Source: Octopus vulgaris (Eukaryota). From it: a DNA stretch of 64,000 bases. How positions within the stretch are numbered: position 1 is the stretch's first letter; each line of letters opens with the position of its first letter. Below the pieces are notes generated by a model. The model did not search any database. It saw only the letters and a list, made by a program, of their open reading frames with translations, and was not told where the DNA came from. The translations under genes and the position numbers were made by a program. Positions 12,851-24,375 of the stretch are shown in pieces. Where the stretch lies: the NCBI GenBank assembly GCA_951406725.2, contig OX597814.1, positions 181,350,001 through 181,414,000 on the forward strand. The letters are read 5' to 3'.

Positions 12851-14401
12851 TCAAAATTTATAATTGATCTTCAATTCAGGAAAGTACAATATTCTGATTT
12901 GGAACTCCCTGGATAGTTGAATATTGACTTTTTATAGTTAGTGTAGTATTATTAAAATGGGGGGTTTTGATAATAAGACTAACTTCTGTTCTAAAGCACT
13001 CACACACACTTACAAATACAATACACCTCCTCACACTTACATAATAAAGAATCTTTTCAGTAGAAGGAGTGGGTGTTAAATTGATATATAAAATCTTGTA
13101 AAAAAAAAAAAAGTCAAAAGACTATTAAAGACTAAGTGAACTCTATCTTAATGCAACTTACTGACTTGTACTTAATATAAGCCCTATTTCTGATAAAGAT
13201 AAGTATGTAGTCTAACAGGATCAAATATAAAATTCAATTATCTTTTGAAAGTAATGTAATATTTATACCCTGAAAGATGCTTGATTTATTTTATATGTAT
13301 GTATATGTTTTTAATCATAAGATTTAGTTATTAGGTGATATCTCTTCATTTACATACTCTTTCCATACAAGTAAATTGTATGATATATGTATATTGTTGG
13401 ATAGTGGGTTTATTACACTAAAGTGAGTTTATGACATGCATTAATGGATTAGATATGTGATATGAATGGAGAGACAAGCCCTTAATGAGGTAGGAACCTC
13501 ATTACTTTCAGTTTTTTTGTCTGCAATTCTATCTTTGCTGCACTACTAATATGTGAAGACGCTAAATTGTTGCCTCTATATCTGCTTGGAGAATACACCA
13601 GCTGAAAGGCTGGTTAGTTCTATCTTATATATAGGATTATTAACAAATGCTAACTGGAAGACAGCATCCAAGTATATTTCTGTCTACATCTCTCTACATC
13701 TTGGACATGATTGTCCAGTTGTTTGACCATGTCCTCCGAGTTGTAAGCTTGAATTTAATCTTGTCTTCACATTTCTTGTGTTACAACTCCTATTGTAAGC
13801 ACTCTCTATGCTTGACAACTTTTTTTTTCTTTCTCATCTCCTTAATTCAAGTCAAGAGCTCTGTAGTATTTCTAAGTAGTAGAGACCCTTCTTCTTACCA
13901 CAGATGTTGACATTAACTCAGAATCTCATGATCTCTGCAAATATCTCTCTCATCATATCTGCTCGTTTTTAGGTTTGGCATCTTAAACCACTTTTGAGAA
14001 GATTTTGGTAACAGATGGACTGTGGTAGTTATCTTCACAAAATAATAATAACAAGAACAATGATAATAATAATAAGTTATTTTATCATAATTTTATATTT
14101 TGTCAAAACTTGTGAAAATGCTGATATGATTTGTTTTTCCCTAAGTTTAGCTAGCTATACAAGGAATCCATTACCGTGGTGAAATTATTATTAGTTGTCT
14201 AATAATGTCCAGCTGTAACAAAGATAATCTTTTTTAAAATTAATTCAGTGTTGCCATTTGATAAAAAAACCATCAGCAGTTATGGCAAACTACAAATCAG
14301 GATGTATTCTTTTATCTTTCGATTAAGAGTAAGTTATTAAGTTTCAAACATTACAGCAAGTTTCAATAATTAAACCATTTATTAAAATTGTGACTTATTT
14401 T

Positions 14402-14830
14402 AATTCGAAAATTACTATTTGTAAATCTCTCAATGAGAGATATTCAGCAACAATACTCTAGAGTAAAGATTATTTGCCAACATAATATGGCAGTCCTGGT
14501 TTAGGACAAAAGTTGCTGTAATTTGGCCCCATGAGACATCGTCTTCAGCTGGCTGTAGGACACGATCTGTGTCCTTATATTTTTGAACAAGGGAATTTAG
14601 CAGCTCCCACTCAGCTCAAAACAATTTGTGTGTATCATGATTTCTGGGTTATACACAGATATTGTTTTGAGCTGAGTGAGGGTTCTGAGGGTTCTAAATG
14701 CTCTTGTTTGAAAATATAAGGACACAAATCGTGTTGTATAGCCAGCTGGAGATGATGTCGCCTGGGGCTAAATTACAGCAACATTCGTCCTAAACCAGGA
14801 CTGCCATGTTATGTTGGCAAATAATCTTTA
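14402..14830. repeat. Palindromic (foldback) repeat, copy 2: ~175-bp stem with a 15-nt loop
   Basis: 14464-14635 pairs with 14651-14830 (for example ggcagtcctggtttaggac / gtcctaaaccaggactgcc and cactcagctcaaaacaat / attgttttgagctgagtg). Same family as 2991-3314. Confidence 0.9.
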
Positions 14831-16072
14831 TTTTAAATTCATTTGCTAGTTAAAACCAGTTAGCTGTGGCTGTGCATAAGACATTGTTAATGAAAAGTTA
14901 TTTTAGTAATATTTCTTTGAACTTCAGATCCAATAAGATGACCATTATTTCTGATGAGATAAGCATACAACACATTTGAACAATTAATAAATTATCATAA
15001 CTTGTGAATAAATTCTTGTTTTACCAAATAAGGATACTTCAATACTGAATTGAAAAAAGTATCAGAATTAATTATTTGGATACTGATAAAAGCAAGAATG
15101 ATTTAATTAGTTTGTTATGATCAAACAGCTGATTACAAGATCACATGACAAAACAACTCGCTTCTTTTTTTTTTTTTTTTTGTCAACACCATATTTCATT
15201 CTCTTGTTATTGATGCAGATTTAAATTTCCTGAGTTTTGGTTATTATATCTAATATTCACTAAATTATGTACAAGCTACCAGAGATTATAGCAGTCAAAA
15301 CTTATGAATTGTAACTCCTTCTTTATAATTCTACTGTCATTGTACTTAACAACAGCAGGGAGTATAATTGAATTCAAGGGCATACAGAATAAGGATTCCC
15401 TCATATGCTGGTCACATATGAAAATAAATTAGCAGGTTTTAAGTGTACATTTAGCAACTACCTTGGAGATAAGGTATGCTCCTAGCAAATCAAACTTGCA
15501 ACCCACCTTAGGTTCCAGGATGAAACTCATTCAGCCTCATTTATCTTTCCTTCTGAATCATTCTTCACTTGTTGCTGCTGATTAGAAAACATAAACAAAC
15601 ATTTGGTGCCTGACTCACCAGCATGTGTCATCCATCTATTCTCTTATTCAAACCACTGCAGTTTTGTCATTCTCAACGATGCAGCTGATAATTTATAGTA
15701 TCAAAATTTTTAACCATTTAAGTAGCTCTAATGGTAGATCAATCTTTGATAGAAATAAAATTGCTTATATTCCGTACTTTGTTTGCTAACATGTCAGTTG
15801 ATTAATTTACACTGTGTATCCTTAAGTCATCAGACAAGTCTGTTTTTTTTAGGTTAGTATTATATTTAGCATTTTGCTACAGACAAATATGTTGGTCAAA
15901 AATGTTAATTCTTTAACTAACAAAAATACATAAATGTTCAGTTGTGTAGTTACTTTATGAAGCAACTGGTTTGTAATACAAAGGCAATTTTTGTTAAACA
16001 ATACAAAAAATGTATTTGCTATTTTGGCTTTTAAAATATCTAAAATGCTTTTATATAAGTTTATTGTCTTTT

Positions 16073-16089
16073 ATATATATGTGTATATA

Positions 16090-16137
<48 letters not shown>
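16073..16137. repeat. (TA)n/(TG)n microsatellite
   Basis: Read directly from the sequence. Confidence 0.95.
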
Positions 16138-16142
<5 letters not shown>

Positions 16143-17801
16143 ATGAAATATATATATGTATTTAATGACAATTCTGTTTCAACAAAAGCTTTTAAAATGT
16201 TTCCCAAACCACTCCATTTCCAACTAAACTATATAAAGTCTTTGAATTCCTCACATCATTTCCTATGTTTCTACTTTGTTATGTCAAGTCCATAGTGTTA
16301 GAAATATGAATTCTGAGTTTAATCCCAACTAAGGGTGTGGGTGTGTGTGTGTGTGTGTATGTGTGACAAATTGGCATCTAAAAACTAAAGACCATGCACA
16401 CACACACAGTATGTGAAATGGGGGAGGTGGGTAGACAAAAAATGGCTGAATAGAAATTTTCTGCAATATTTGAAATTCTAATCAACTGCACCCAACCTTC
16501 ATCAGGAAGATAAATATATATATATCATTTACATTCATATTATTTCATTTCATGAATTAAAGTTCTTCCTTCCTCAAATTGCACAAACATACAATAATCC
16601 CTTAGCACATAGCTCTGAAGATACATGATTTGTTGAAGTGGTTCATCTGCAAATATCACAATTATTAAATACATATTTTTAAAAAATTTGTATTGTTTTA
16701 GGTTTTTATTTATCCATAATGATATAAAAGAAAACATTTTTTTCATGGTTCTCTTTGTTAGACATAATGAATTCATTAACATTATGAATGCTCATACTGA
16801 GAATAAAAGGAACTTCAGCCAATCAACAGATCTGAATACAGTTATATGTGTAACAATAGGTTGAACATTCAGCACCTTAGCAAAATTAGTCAAAAAATGA
16901 GCTTGGAAAACATTTGTACCTTACTCACTTCTTAGGCTTATATATATACAAGGGCTGAAATGGAAAACTTCCACAATATTTTAATTAGTTATATGTTACC
17001 TTTCTCTTCACTTCTAAATGTTCTTAAACGTTTAGACGCTTTCCCAAAATATCTGTAACCAGGATCAGGTGCCTCAAATACCTAAAAAAATTAAATATTT
17101 CCTTCCAACTTGAAAATTGTCGTATCAATTTCATTATGATATAGCTATTAGAAGTTTCAGATGTAATTTAAGCTTCCTTTGTATATATGTGTATGTTTGC
17201 ATGTTTAGGAATGTTTTTCAGCATTTGTGTGCAAGCACAGGGGAATATTTGTTTACATATGTTGTATGCATATATGTGTGTATGTATATGTGTGCTTTTT
17301 AATGTGTGTGTGTGTGTGTAGAAGCACTTCTCAATCTTATACAAGGATGGAATATCAGATAAAGTTTGGGCATAGTGTTATCAGAAAAAGTTGATTTATA
17401 GAGCACCCATGTAGAAACTATTTGTTTACTATTTTGGCAGCTGAAATTTCTATTTAGCATTTTCAAATGTGGAATTGTCAAAGTCCATTTATAGCTCTTT
17501 GTAAGTGTTAGAAAGTTGACTTTACTAGTCAGAATTTTAGTCTACTTAATGTTGGTTGGATTTTCACTCATTTATGCTGAGGAAACATATCAATATTTCT
17601 GTAGATTTTTGTATGCCTTTTTAATATTCAATATTGAGGCAAGATTTTAAATGGTAAGTTGTCCACAAAGATATGCACCCACACACACAAACTTTTGCAT
17701 TCTTTTGTAATAAATAATAAATTCATTGTAAGATCTTTTCATTTGTAATTTGTATATCATTTTAACATTATAAATTTATTATAACATTTATTTTCTTGCA
17801 G

Positions 17802-17974
17802 GATGTGGACAAGCTAAAAATTGAGGTAGACCATGTCTATAAATCCTTAAAGTACATCAAGGAAGTAGTTGACAAGGAAACTTTACAAATTCTCCCAGCA
17901 ACTGCATCTGCTGTGTTAGAAACTGTAACTGGTGTCTTTACACTTCTCAGCAATTTCTTTTCAAACCAAGACAG
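17802..17974 (+). CDS. RAPGEF1: RAPGEF1/C3G-like exon A (N-terminal domain), phase 0-2
   Basis: Acceptor ttttcttgcag and donor AG|gtaaaa. DVDKLKIEVDHVYKSLKYIKEVVDKETLQILPATASAVLETV resembles the C3G NTD (recalled human LRYFKTIVDK...LEMLPGSASKVLEAI). Confidence 0.9.
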
Positions 17975-18757
17975 GTAAAAAAAAATTTTTTCATTTTGTT
18001 TTTATACAGAGGATGAAGTTTCTGACTTTATAAAAGATAATTCTAATATTCTGATCATTCTGATTGCTTTTTGTTGCATCTGTAGTTCTGAGTAAAGCAA
18101 ATTCCCATCCATTTTATTTGGCTGTCTGACAGTATTCAAATGTAAATATTTTCATATAATTACTTATATTAACTAGTTTATTCAAAAACTTTGGAATGGA
18201 GAAACATTAAAGATGCCAGTAATGGAATACATATCATGGAATTGGTTCTTTATTTCTGCCAATTTCACTTTAAAGGCTTATAGTACTTTCGTTTTAAAAG
18301 TTGGCAAGTGAGAGAATTTATCTAAGAAGAATAAGTTTGAGTTTAAAACAGTGTAATTTTAAAAAGCTTAGATTTTTCCTTAATGTGAAAAGCAAATGGA
18401 CCCTTAAATCTGCTCTTCACAAACTAAGTCAGTAAGAGAGCTGTTATTTGTTGGTTGACTTGCTAAAATAGCAACCTAATCTCCTTTAAATCATACCCTA
18501 CTACCTTAAAAAAGGAAGCACATACTGGATAATAAATATATCTTGGTTACACTCTGCAAAAAAAAGTTAGTATGATCACAGATGGAATACTGGTTGAACA
18601 ACCACCAGTGATGACTCTTTAGTTTTGTGCTGGTGTCACTATAAAATGCACCCCTTTGCTTCCTATTCTACTCTTCTGGACCTATATATATATATATATA
18701 TATATATAAACCTTAATGATACTCACAATCATGCCACTTATCACACAACACCATTGA

Positions 18758-18960
18758 CCCTTCTGTCACCATATTTCTAATGAAATACATTGTCATTGTT
18801 TCAATTGATTTTGAAAATAATGAAGAATTAGTAAAATAACTGTCATTATTAAGTTGGTGTTTGAAACATGAAATTTTAATGAAAGGCTTTAACTTAAAAC
18901 ACCTTAAACAGAAAATTCATTGAACTAAAGACAGTCTCAGACAGGGTGGTATCAAAGGAG
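18758..18960. mobile_element. Degenerate piggyBac-type MITE
   Basis: ttga|cccttctgtcacc ... ggtatcaaaggag|ttga gives decayed CCC/GGG termini with TTAA-like target duplications. Confidence 0.5.
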
Positions 18961-18970
18961 TTGATATATA

Positions 18971-19351
18971 GGCGCAGGAGTGGCTGTGTGGTAAGTAGCT
19001 TGCTTACCAACCACATGGTTCTGGGTTCAGTCCCAATGCGTGGCACCTTGGGTAAGTGTCTTCTACTATAGCCTTGGGCCGACCAAAGCCTTGTGAGTCG
19101 ATTTGGTAGACAGAAACTGAAAGAAGCCTGTCGTATATATATGTATATGTTTGTGTGTCTATGTTTGTTCCCCCAGCATCGCTTGACAACCGATGCTGTT
19201 GTGTTTACGTCCCTGTAACTTAGCAGTTCAGCAAGAGAGACCGATAGATTAAGTACTAAGCTTACAAAGAATAAGTTCTGGGGTCAATTTGCTCAACTAA
19301 AGACGGTACTCCAGCATGGCCGCAGTCAAATGACTGAAACAAATAAAAGAA
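18971..19351 (+). mobile_element. tRNA-derived SINE family A, full length (CORE-like domain, internal (TA/TG)n)
   Basis: A-box TGGCTGTGTGG, B-box GGTTCAGTCCC, CORE-like ggcaccttgggtaagtgtcttct and 3' end gcagtcaaatgactgaaacaaataaaaga. Many copies occur in the window. Confidence 0.9.
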
Positions 19352-20885
19352 TATATATACCACCAATATACACCACCACACCTCACTACAACACACTGAA
19401 TACAACTGAAGAATAGATCTCTATACAACTTTTGAGCAGAGCTGAGCTAGGACTAAACAATAACAACAATTTTCCTTTAAAACTTAACAGGTCTTATAAA
19501 CAAGAAAGAAACAAATATTTCTCTTTTTTTTTTAAAGTTAAGGGACAGTTCTTGACCTCAATAGAAAACTTTTGTTGCAAGTTATTTTATTAGGTTGATT
19601 TCTATTTCACTTATGATAAGCAAACTAATGCAACTCTTACAATAAAATATGAAAACATGGTCTAAGCTTTAAGAGTTTATGATACAAATTTACATACACA
19701 TAGCACAATATTATTTTGAAGGTATTGTTTTATTATTATTATTTGTGTGAAGTATGTCTAAATACAATGATCATGCTCCTTTTCATTGATAACGAATAAA
19801 AAATATTGTAAAAGTGTTATTATTAGGGGGTTGTTGAATAAGGAGTGTAACTGAGTTAAAGCAAGAAAATCTAAGAATTAGCTCTAGTGATTCGGTAAGA
19901 ATCTAAAAATGAGTTTATGTTTGTACCAGAAAATACTACTTAGCATTCGTGACTGACTGAAAAATTTAAGGTCTGATGAACTGAAATATGAGAATAGGGG
20001 AGAAAAGCTATGGGTTCTGACAACTTGACAACTGTTTAGGAAGTGCATGAAGAAAGGTCAGGTTTTGAAATATGCCTTAAGGGAAGTCTTTGATTTTCAT
20101 GACTGTTGCCAGACTCTCCTTCAAACCCTCTTCATCATATCTGAAGATGTTACACAGATTCATGACTAGATGCCGTAGGAACTTCGGTATGCAGGCAACT
20201 TGGCTCTTATTTCAGGAGCTGCAAGATATAAGTGAAATTTAATATTGTATAAGCAATGTATTTCTGGAGTTTGCAAATGATGCAGTGGGATCTTCGGTAG
20301 ACTGACTTGGAATCAATATTGTAAATGTATCACATGCACTACATAAACTAAGTAGGCAAGCAATAAAAATAATGAACTGCCCAGATTACTAACAGGAAGT
20401 AGTAGATATATTCTGATACTTATTTTCTTTTATTATTGATGTGTATAGCTTGACAGTTGTCAGTCATAGCTAAGCAAATTTCTTGTCAAAAGCATTTCCA
20501 TTTTTTTCAAAGATGACAGGGTATGACGTGAGGAAAATTTTGCTGCTATTTCTAGCAGATTGAACAAGCAAGTAGTGCTCCTCTCCTCATTAGCTTGTTT
20601 AGTGTACAAGATTAAGAAGCTTCAAGAACTGCGCTTTATGATGTGGTTAAAAGAATTTTTTTTTCTGGTAAAAAGAGCAGCTTTTATAATGCACATATCA
20701 GATGTGTGGTGCTTTAAAGTACTGCACTATTTACAACAGTGACAGAGGCTTTACAGCCACAAAGGAGAAATATATTAAGTAAGAGTTGTGAGACATGCAA
20801 AATGAATTTAGAAAGTTAAGATTCATGGAAAGATATTGTATTGCAGATATTTCTTGTATCTGTATAGGAAAATATGTTACATTAA

Positions 20886-21106
20886 CCCTTTAGCATTTAA
20901 ACCGGCCATATCCGGCCAAAAGTATTCTGCCTGTTTTATGTTCAAACTGGCCGTATCTGGTCTCTTACACCAACCCTACAATATCGTTTTAAAAATTAAC
21001 GGCTACCTCATCAAAATCTCCTAGCTACAAGATAATGCATTATTAGTTCAAAACAACATGGATAAAAAAGCCTTAATTTTAGCAGAATGACGTGAACACT
21101 AAAGGG
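20886..21106. mobile_element. piggyBac-type MITE
   Basis: TTAA|CCCTTTAG ... CTAAAGGG|TTAA gives TIRs and a TTAA target-site duplication. A second copy lies at 40366-40578. Confidence 0.9.
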
Positions 21107-21776
21107 TTAAATTAGAAATATTGTGTTATTTTAATTGCTCTTATTTACATATTTTGAATGGTAAAAATTTTTTCAGTGGTATTTATAGAAATCATTGCTT
21201 AAATTTTGTTTTAATCTTTTGATGCAATTCACTATAATCACCAAATTTGTAGAGTAAACAGTTAGAAGAGTTTTACATTAGTTTGTAGTTAATATTTGCT
21301 TCAGTTATCTGTGAATTAGATTTTATATAAAATATTTATAGTGAATACCATAGTTAAGCTGGTTTACAGCAAAATAAAATTGTCTACTGATAAGTATATG
21401 GTTCTTGGAAAGAGTCAGGAATTGATAAAAACAATGTTTTACAAGTGCAGCAAATTTTGTAATTGAATATAGCTCTAAAGAATTATGGGGAAAATATAGC
21501 AGTAATGACAAGAACAAGGTCAAGACAGGACTGGCATACTTAAAGGTTTATCATTGAGTAAAGACCTGCTTCTATTTCATTTTGTTATTTTTGCTAAGTT
21601 CTTTGTTAATTGCTACACTCTGGAACTATTATATTTGTATCTTAACTTGAGTTGTTGTTTACAGATGTTGTCATTATTCTATTTGATCATTGGCATTTAC
21701 ATATACAGTGTTATGATAATGTTGTTAAACTGTTATTGTTCCTTTCCTGCTAAGTGTCCCATGTTCTGTCTTGCAG

Positions 21777-21924
21777 TAGTATGATGCTATCCCGTCACAA
21801 TCAAGTGTGCCAATGTTTAGCACACTTGATTCGTTGGGCTGACAAGATTCTGCTGTATGGTAATGACCAACTTAACAAAGATAATGCTCATGAAGTTATT
21901 AAGGCACTGGCAGATGGAATGAAA
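21777..21924 (+). CDS. RAPGEF1: RAPGEF1/C3G-like exon B, phase 2-0
   Basis: Acceptor ttgcag and donor AAA|gtaagt. HNQVCQCLAHLIRWADKILLYG...VIKALADGMK matches recalled C3G YSRVYQSLANLIRWSDQVMLEG...VIKGVLDGVK. Phase continues from exon A. Confidence 0.93.
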
Positions 21925-22104
21925 GTAAGTGGTGTTATTTCTCAAGAATATTGTCTTTATCTTGTTTAGTTTGCATGGGAATTTTACTCTAAATTCTAAG
22001 TGTTACATCTTAATCTGAGAACATTCATGTAATATATGTACAAACATTTAATGACATGGGAAGCCTAACTTGTACAATAGTGATGATAAAATTATTGGTG
22101 TCCC

Positions 22105-22395
22105 TATTAAGATGTAATGTGCTTGAGAGAAGCCTGCACTGGTACATGTATGTGATGTGATGGAGGATACATTTGTAGTGCTCAGCACTACATGTGCTGA
22201 GCACTTGCAGTGGATAGAACCTGTGGAAGAGAGGACCTAGGAAGACATGGGATGAAATGGTGAAAGACTGACCTCAAGAAGCTGAATCATGAATAAGTAG
22301 ATAAAAAATTATGATGATTAGCAAAATGCAGTACTGGAGAAGATCAGCCCACCTGTACATGTATAGCAATTGGTAATTAAAATAATAATGATGAT
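22105..22395 (+). mobile_element. Highly decayed RTE LINE 3' fragment
   Basis: ctgcactggtac...gaacctgtggaagagaggacctaggaagacatgggatgaaatggtg resembles RTE C-terminal LHWYGH...GRGRPRKTWDE. Homologous to 58850-59010. Confidence 0.6.
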
Positions 22396-23019
22396 TGTGA
22401 TAGAAGTTGAGAAGTATAATGTATATCTAAGTCTTTCACCATTTAAGTTTCCATCTACTTTGTTACCCTCTATTCTGTCACCCTCTATCCTATTCATTGC
22501 ATCATACCACTAGTGTTCGATGTGTCTGTATTCAATCCCTCTGATATCACCCATTACCATTTTCACTTTGCACTTCCATCTCTATGCTTCTGAAACAAGG
22601 GATGATAGTAAATCCATTAATATTCAGTACATCCTACTGTCACCTTCTACCATCTTCTCTCTCTCCCCCATGTAGCTCTTAGTTGAGATATACCTATCTC
22701 ATTTACCAGCAGTTTTTCTATCCATTACTCATTCTCTTGCCATGATACATCTTTATTGCTCTCCCATCATGTTGCTCATGCTGTTTTATATTCCATCTCT
22801 TTACTAACAACCAACATGTAGCTATCACTGTCTCTCTTCCATTACTCCTTCTTTTAACATTTTGTTACTCTGTTTTTCCCATCACACTCATACTCTCCCT
22901 TTTATTCTCATAGTCATCATTCCTCCTTTTATTAACATTCTCTGTTAGGTTTGCCTTGAAAGGACAAAGACTACATAGAGTAGCGATGACATTTTAGTCT
23001 TGTCAAGAGCATGATAATC

Positions 23020-23245
23020 TCTCTAATGCTGGTGCCACCATAATATGCACCCAGTGCATACTGTATAGTGGTTGGTGTTATGAATGGCATCCAGCTATAA
23101 AAATCATGCCAAAAATGGAATGCTCAAGTGAGATTTGATATACCAACTCATCTAGAAGAGCAGTAACTCCAAATAAGAACCCAGTGTGTAATGTCCCATA
23201 TAACCCATATCAGCATAGAAAGGGGATGTAAAAATAAATTATGAC
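23020..23245 (+). mobile_element. Old RTE-tailed non-autonomous element (related copies at ~29955-30170, 40920-41095, 37359-37480 minus and 56700-56900 minus)
   Basis: gtggttggtgttatgaatggcatccagctataaaa ... cccatatcagcatagaaaggggatgtaaaa are decayed versions of the motifs in 11118-11440. Confidence 0.65.
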
Positions 23246-23351
23246 AAAAATCTATGCTCTTCTAGTATTGCTTAAAACAACACTTTTTAGATTTGTATTC
23301 CCCCTTCTCAAAAAACAGCTAAAAACCCACCATTCTTATACTAATTGTTAC

Positions 23352-23595
23352 CACTGATTCTCAACACCTATTTGCCTATGGATCAATTTTATTCCACTGG
23401 ACCTACATAATCATTCGATGTATATAAAAAAATCCTACTGTATTTTTATAATTAAATATTATTAGGAACTGCATAGAAAAATTAAAATAGTTTGTGCATT
23501 GTAGAAGTATAAACAGTTTATTGTGCATAATTTTAACAACAAAATTTCATATGGAACTCCCCCTGGGCCATATGGACCCTTGTTAAGAACCACTG
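23352..23595. mobile_element. Degenerate hAT-like MITE
   Basis: Imperfect TIRs cactgattctcaac / gttaagaaccactg (CAGTGGTTCTCAAC type); no convincing TSD. Confidence 0.5.
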
Positions 23596-24280
23596 CCTTA
23601 AACAATCACTTCTCTCTCTTAACTGTTTCCTTGTATTCTACCATTAGATTTTTTTCTTATACTATATATCTTGAATGGCACTGCTAAAGTTAATTATTCT
23701 GTGACCTTTCACTAAAATCAGATGTTATCTAATGCTTTTCTCATTGCTTGTGTTATGGTCTAAAAGAGTTTATTATAAGTATCAACTGGTGGACTTGCAC
23801 AGCTATGACTACAACTTTGACTTGAAATTTAAATAAAATAGTAAATGGATCTTATGAATTTCCCACAAGTATTAAAAGAAGAAATCTATAAATATGTACT
23901 TGCATTCAAGTCTGCCATTGATTCAGCAAAATCTTTCATAGAGTTTGCCACAGTATGTTTTTTAATACATAAGGGACAAATAGCTGTAGCACTTAAATTA
24001 CAACCATTTTGTTAAATATAAAAATATAGGTTAAAAAATTAAGGAATTAAAACATTAATATAAAAAAAAGCAGTATAAGAACAAAAATGAAATCTATAAA
24101 ATACATTACTTTCCCCTAATGTATTGTGGTTTTATCCAGCCTAAATAGTGTGAAAAAAAAAGAGGAAATTGTAAATTTTAAAAAAAGTGAAATTTTATCT
24201 CCATGCATTTTTTTTTTTAATATTAAAACATTGTGATATTTCGTCTTTAGTGTTTTCATACAATAACATTTTTATTATAG

Positions 24281-24375
24281 GAACTTGCTCAAGCTTCAAT
24301 TGATAAATTAGAAAATCGGAAAAATGGTATTCCAAGATCTCCTGGTCCAATCAATGCACCATTTCATCAGGAAAG
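24281..24375 (+). CDS. RAPGEF1: RAPGEF1/C3G-like exon C (absent from the ORF track), phase 0-2
   Basis: Acceptor tttattatag and donor AG|gttcgt. ELAQASIDKLENRKNGIPRSPGPINAPFHQE continues ...DGMK-EL as in C3G DGVKELVRLTIEK, and the phases fit on both sides. Confidence 0.85.

Noticed and set aside
14740-14810. Hammerhead-like CTG(G/A)AGA...hairpin...AAAC in the 3/14-kb palindrome family
   Set aside because: The second box reads CCTAAAC rather than GAAAC in all visible arms, and no helix I/III arrangement fits.
15120-15700. Cluster of E-box (CAGCTG, CACATG) and AP-1 (TGACTCA) motifs suggesting an enhancer
   Set aside because: Short motifs at this density are not significant without conservation or chromatin data.
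18971-19045. tRNA-like sequences (also at 61810 and 12400-12475)
   Set aside because: They have A/B boxes but no complete cloverleaf and continue into SINE bodies, so they are SINE heads rather than tRNA genes.
19820-20430. Possible very old mariner relics (also at ~16950-17070 and ~41330-41460)
   Set aside because: There are only faint motif echoes, and boundaries and TIR pairs could not be established by eye.
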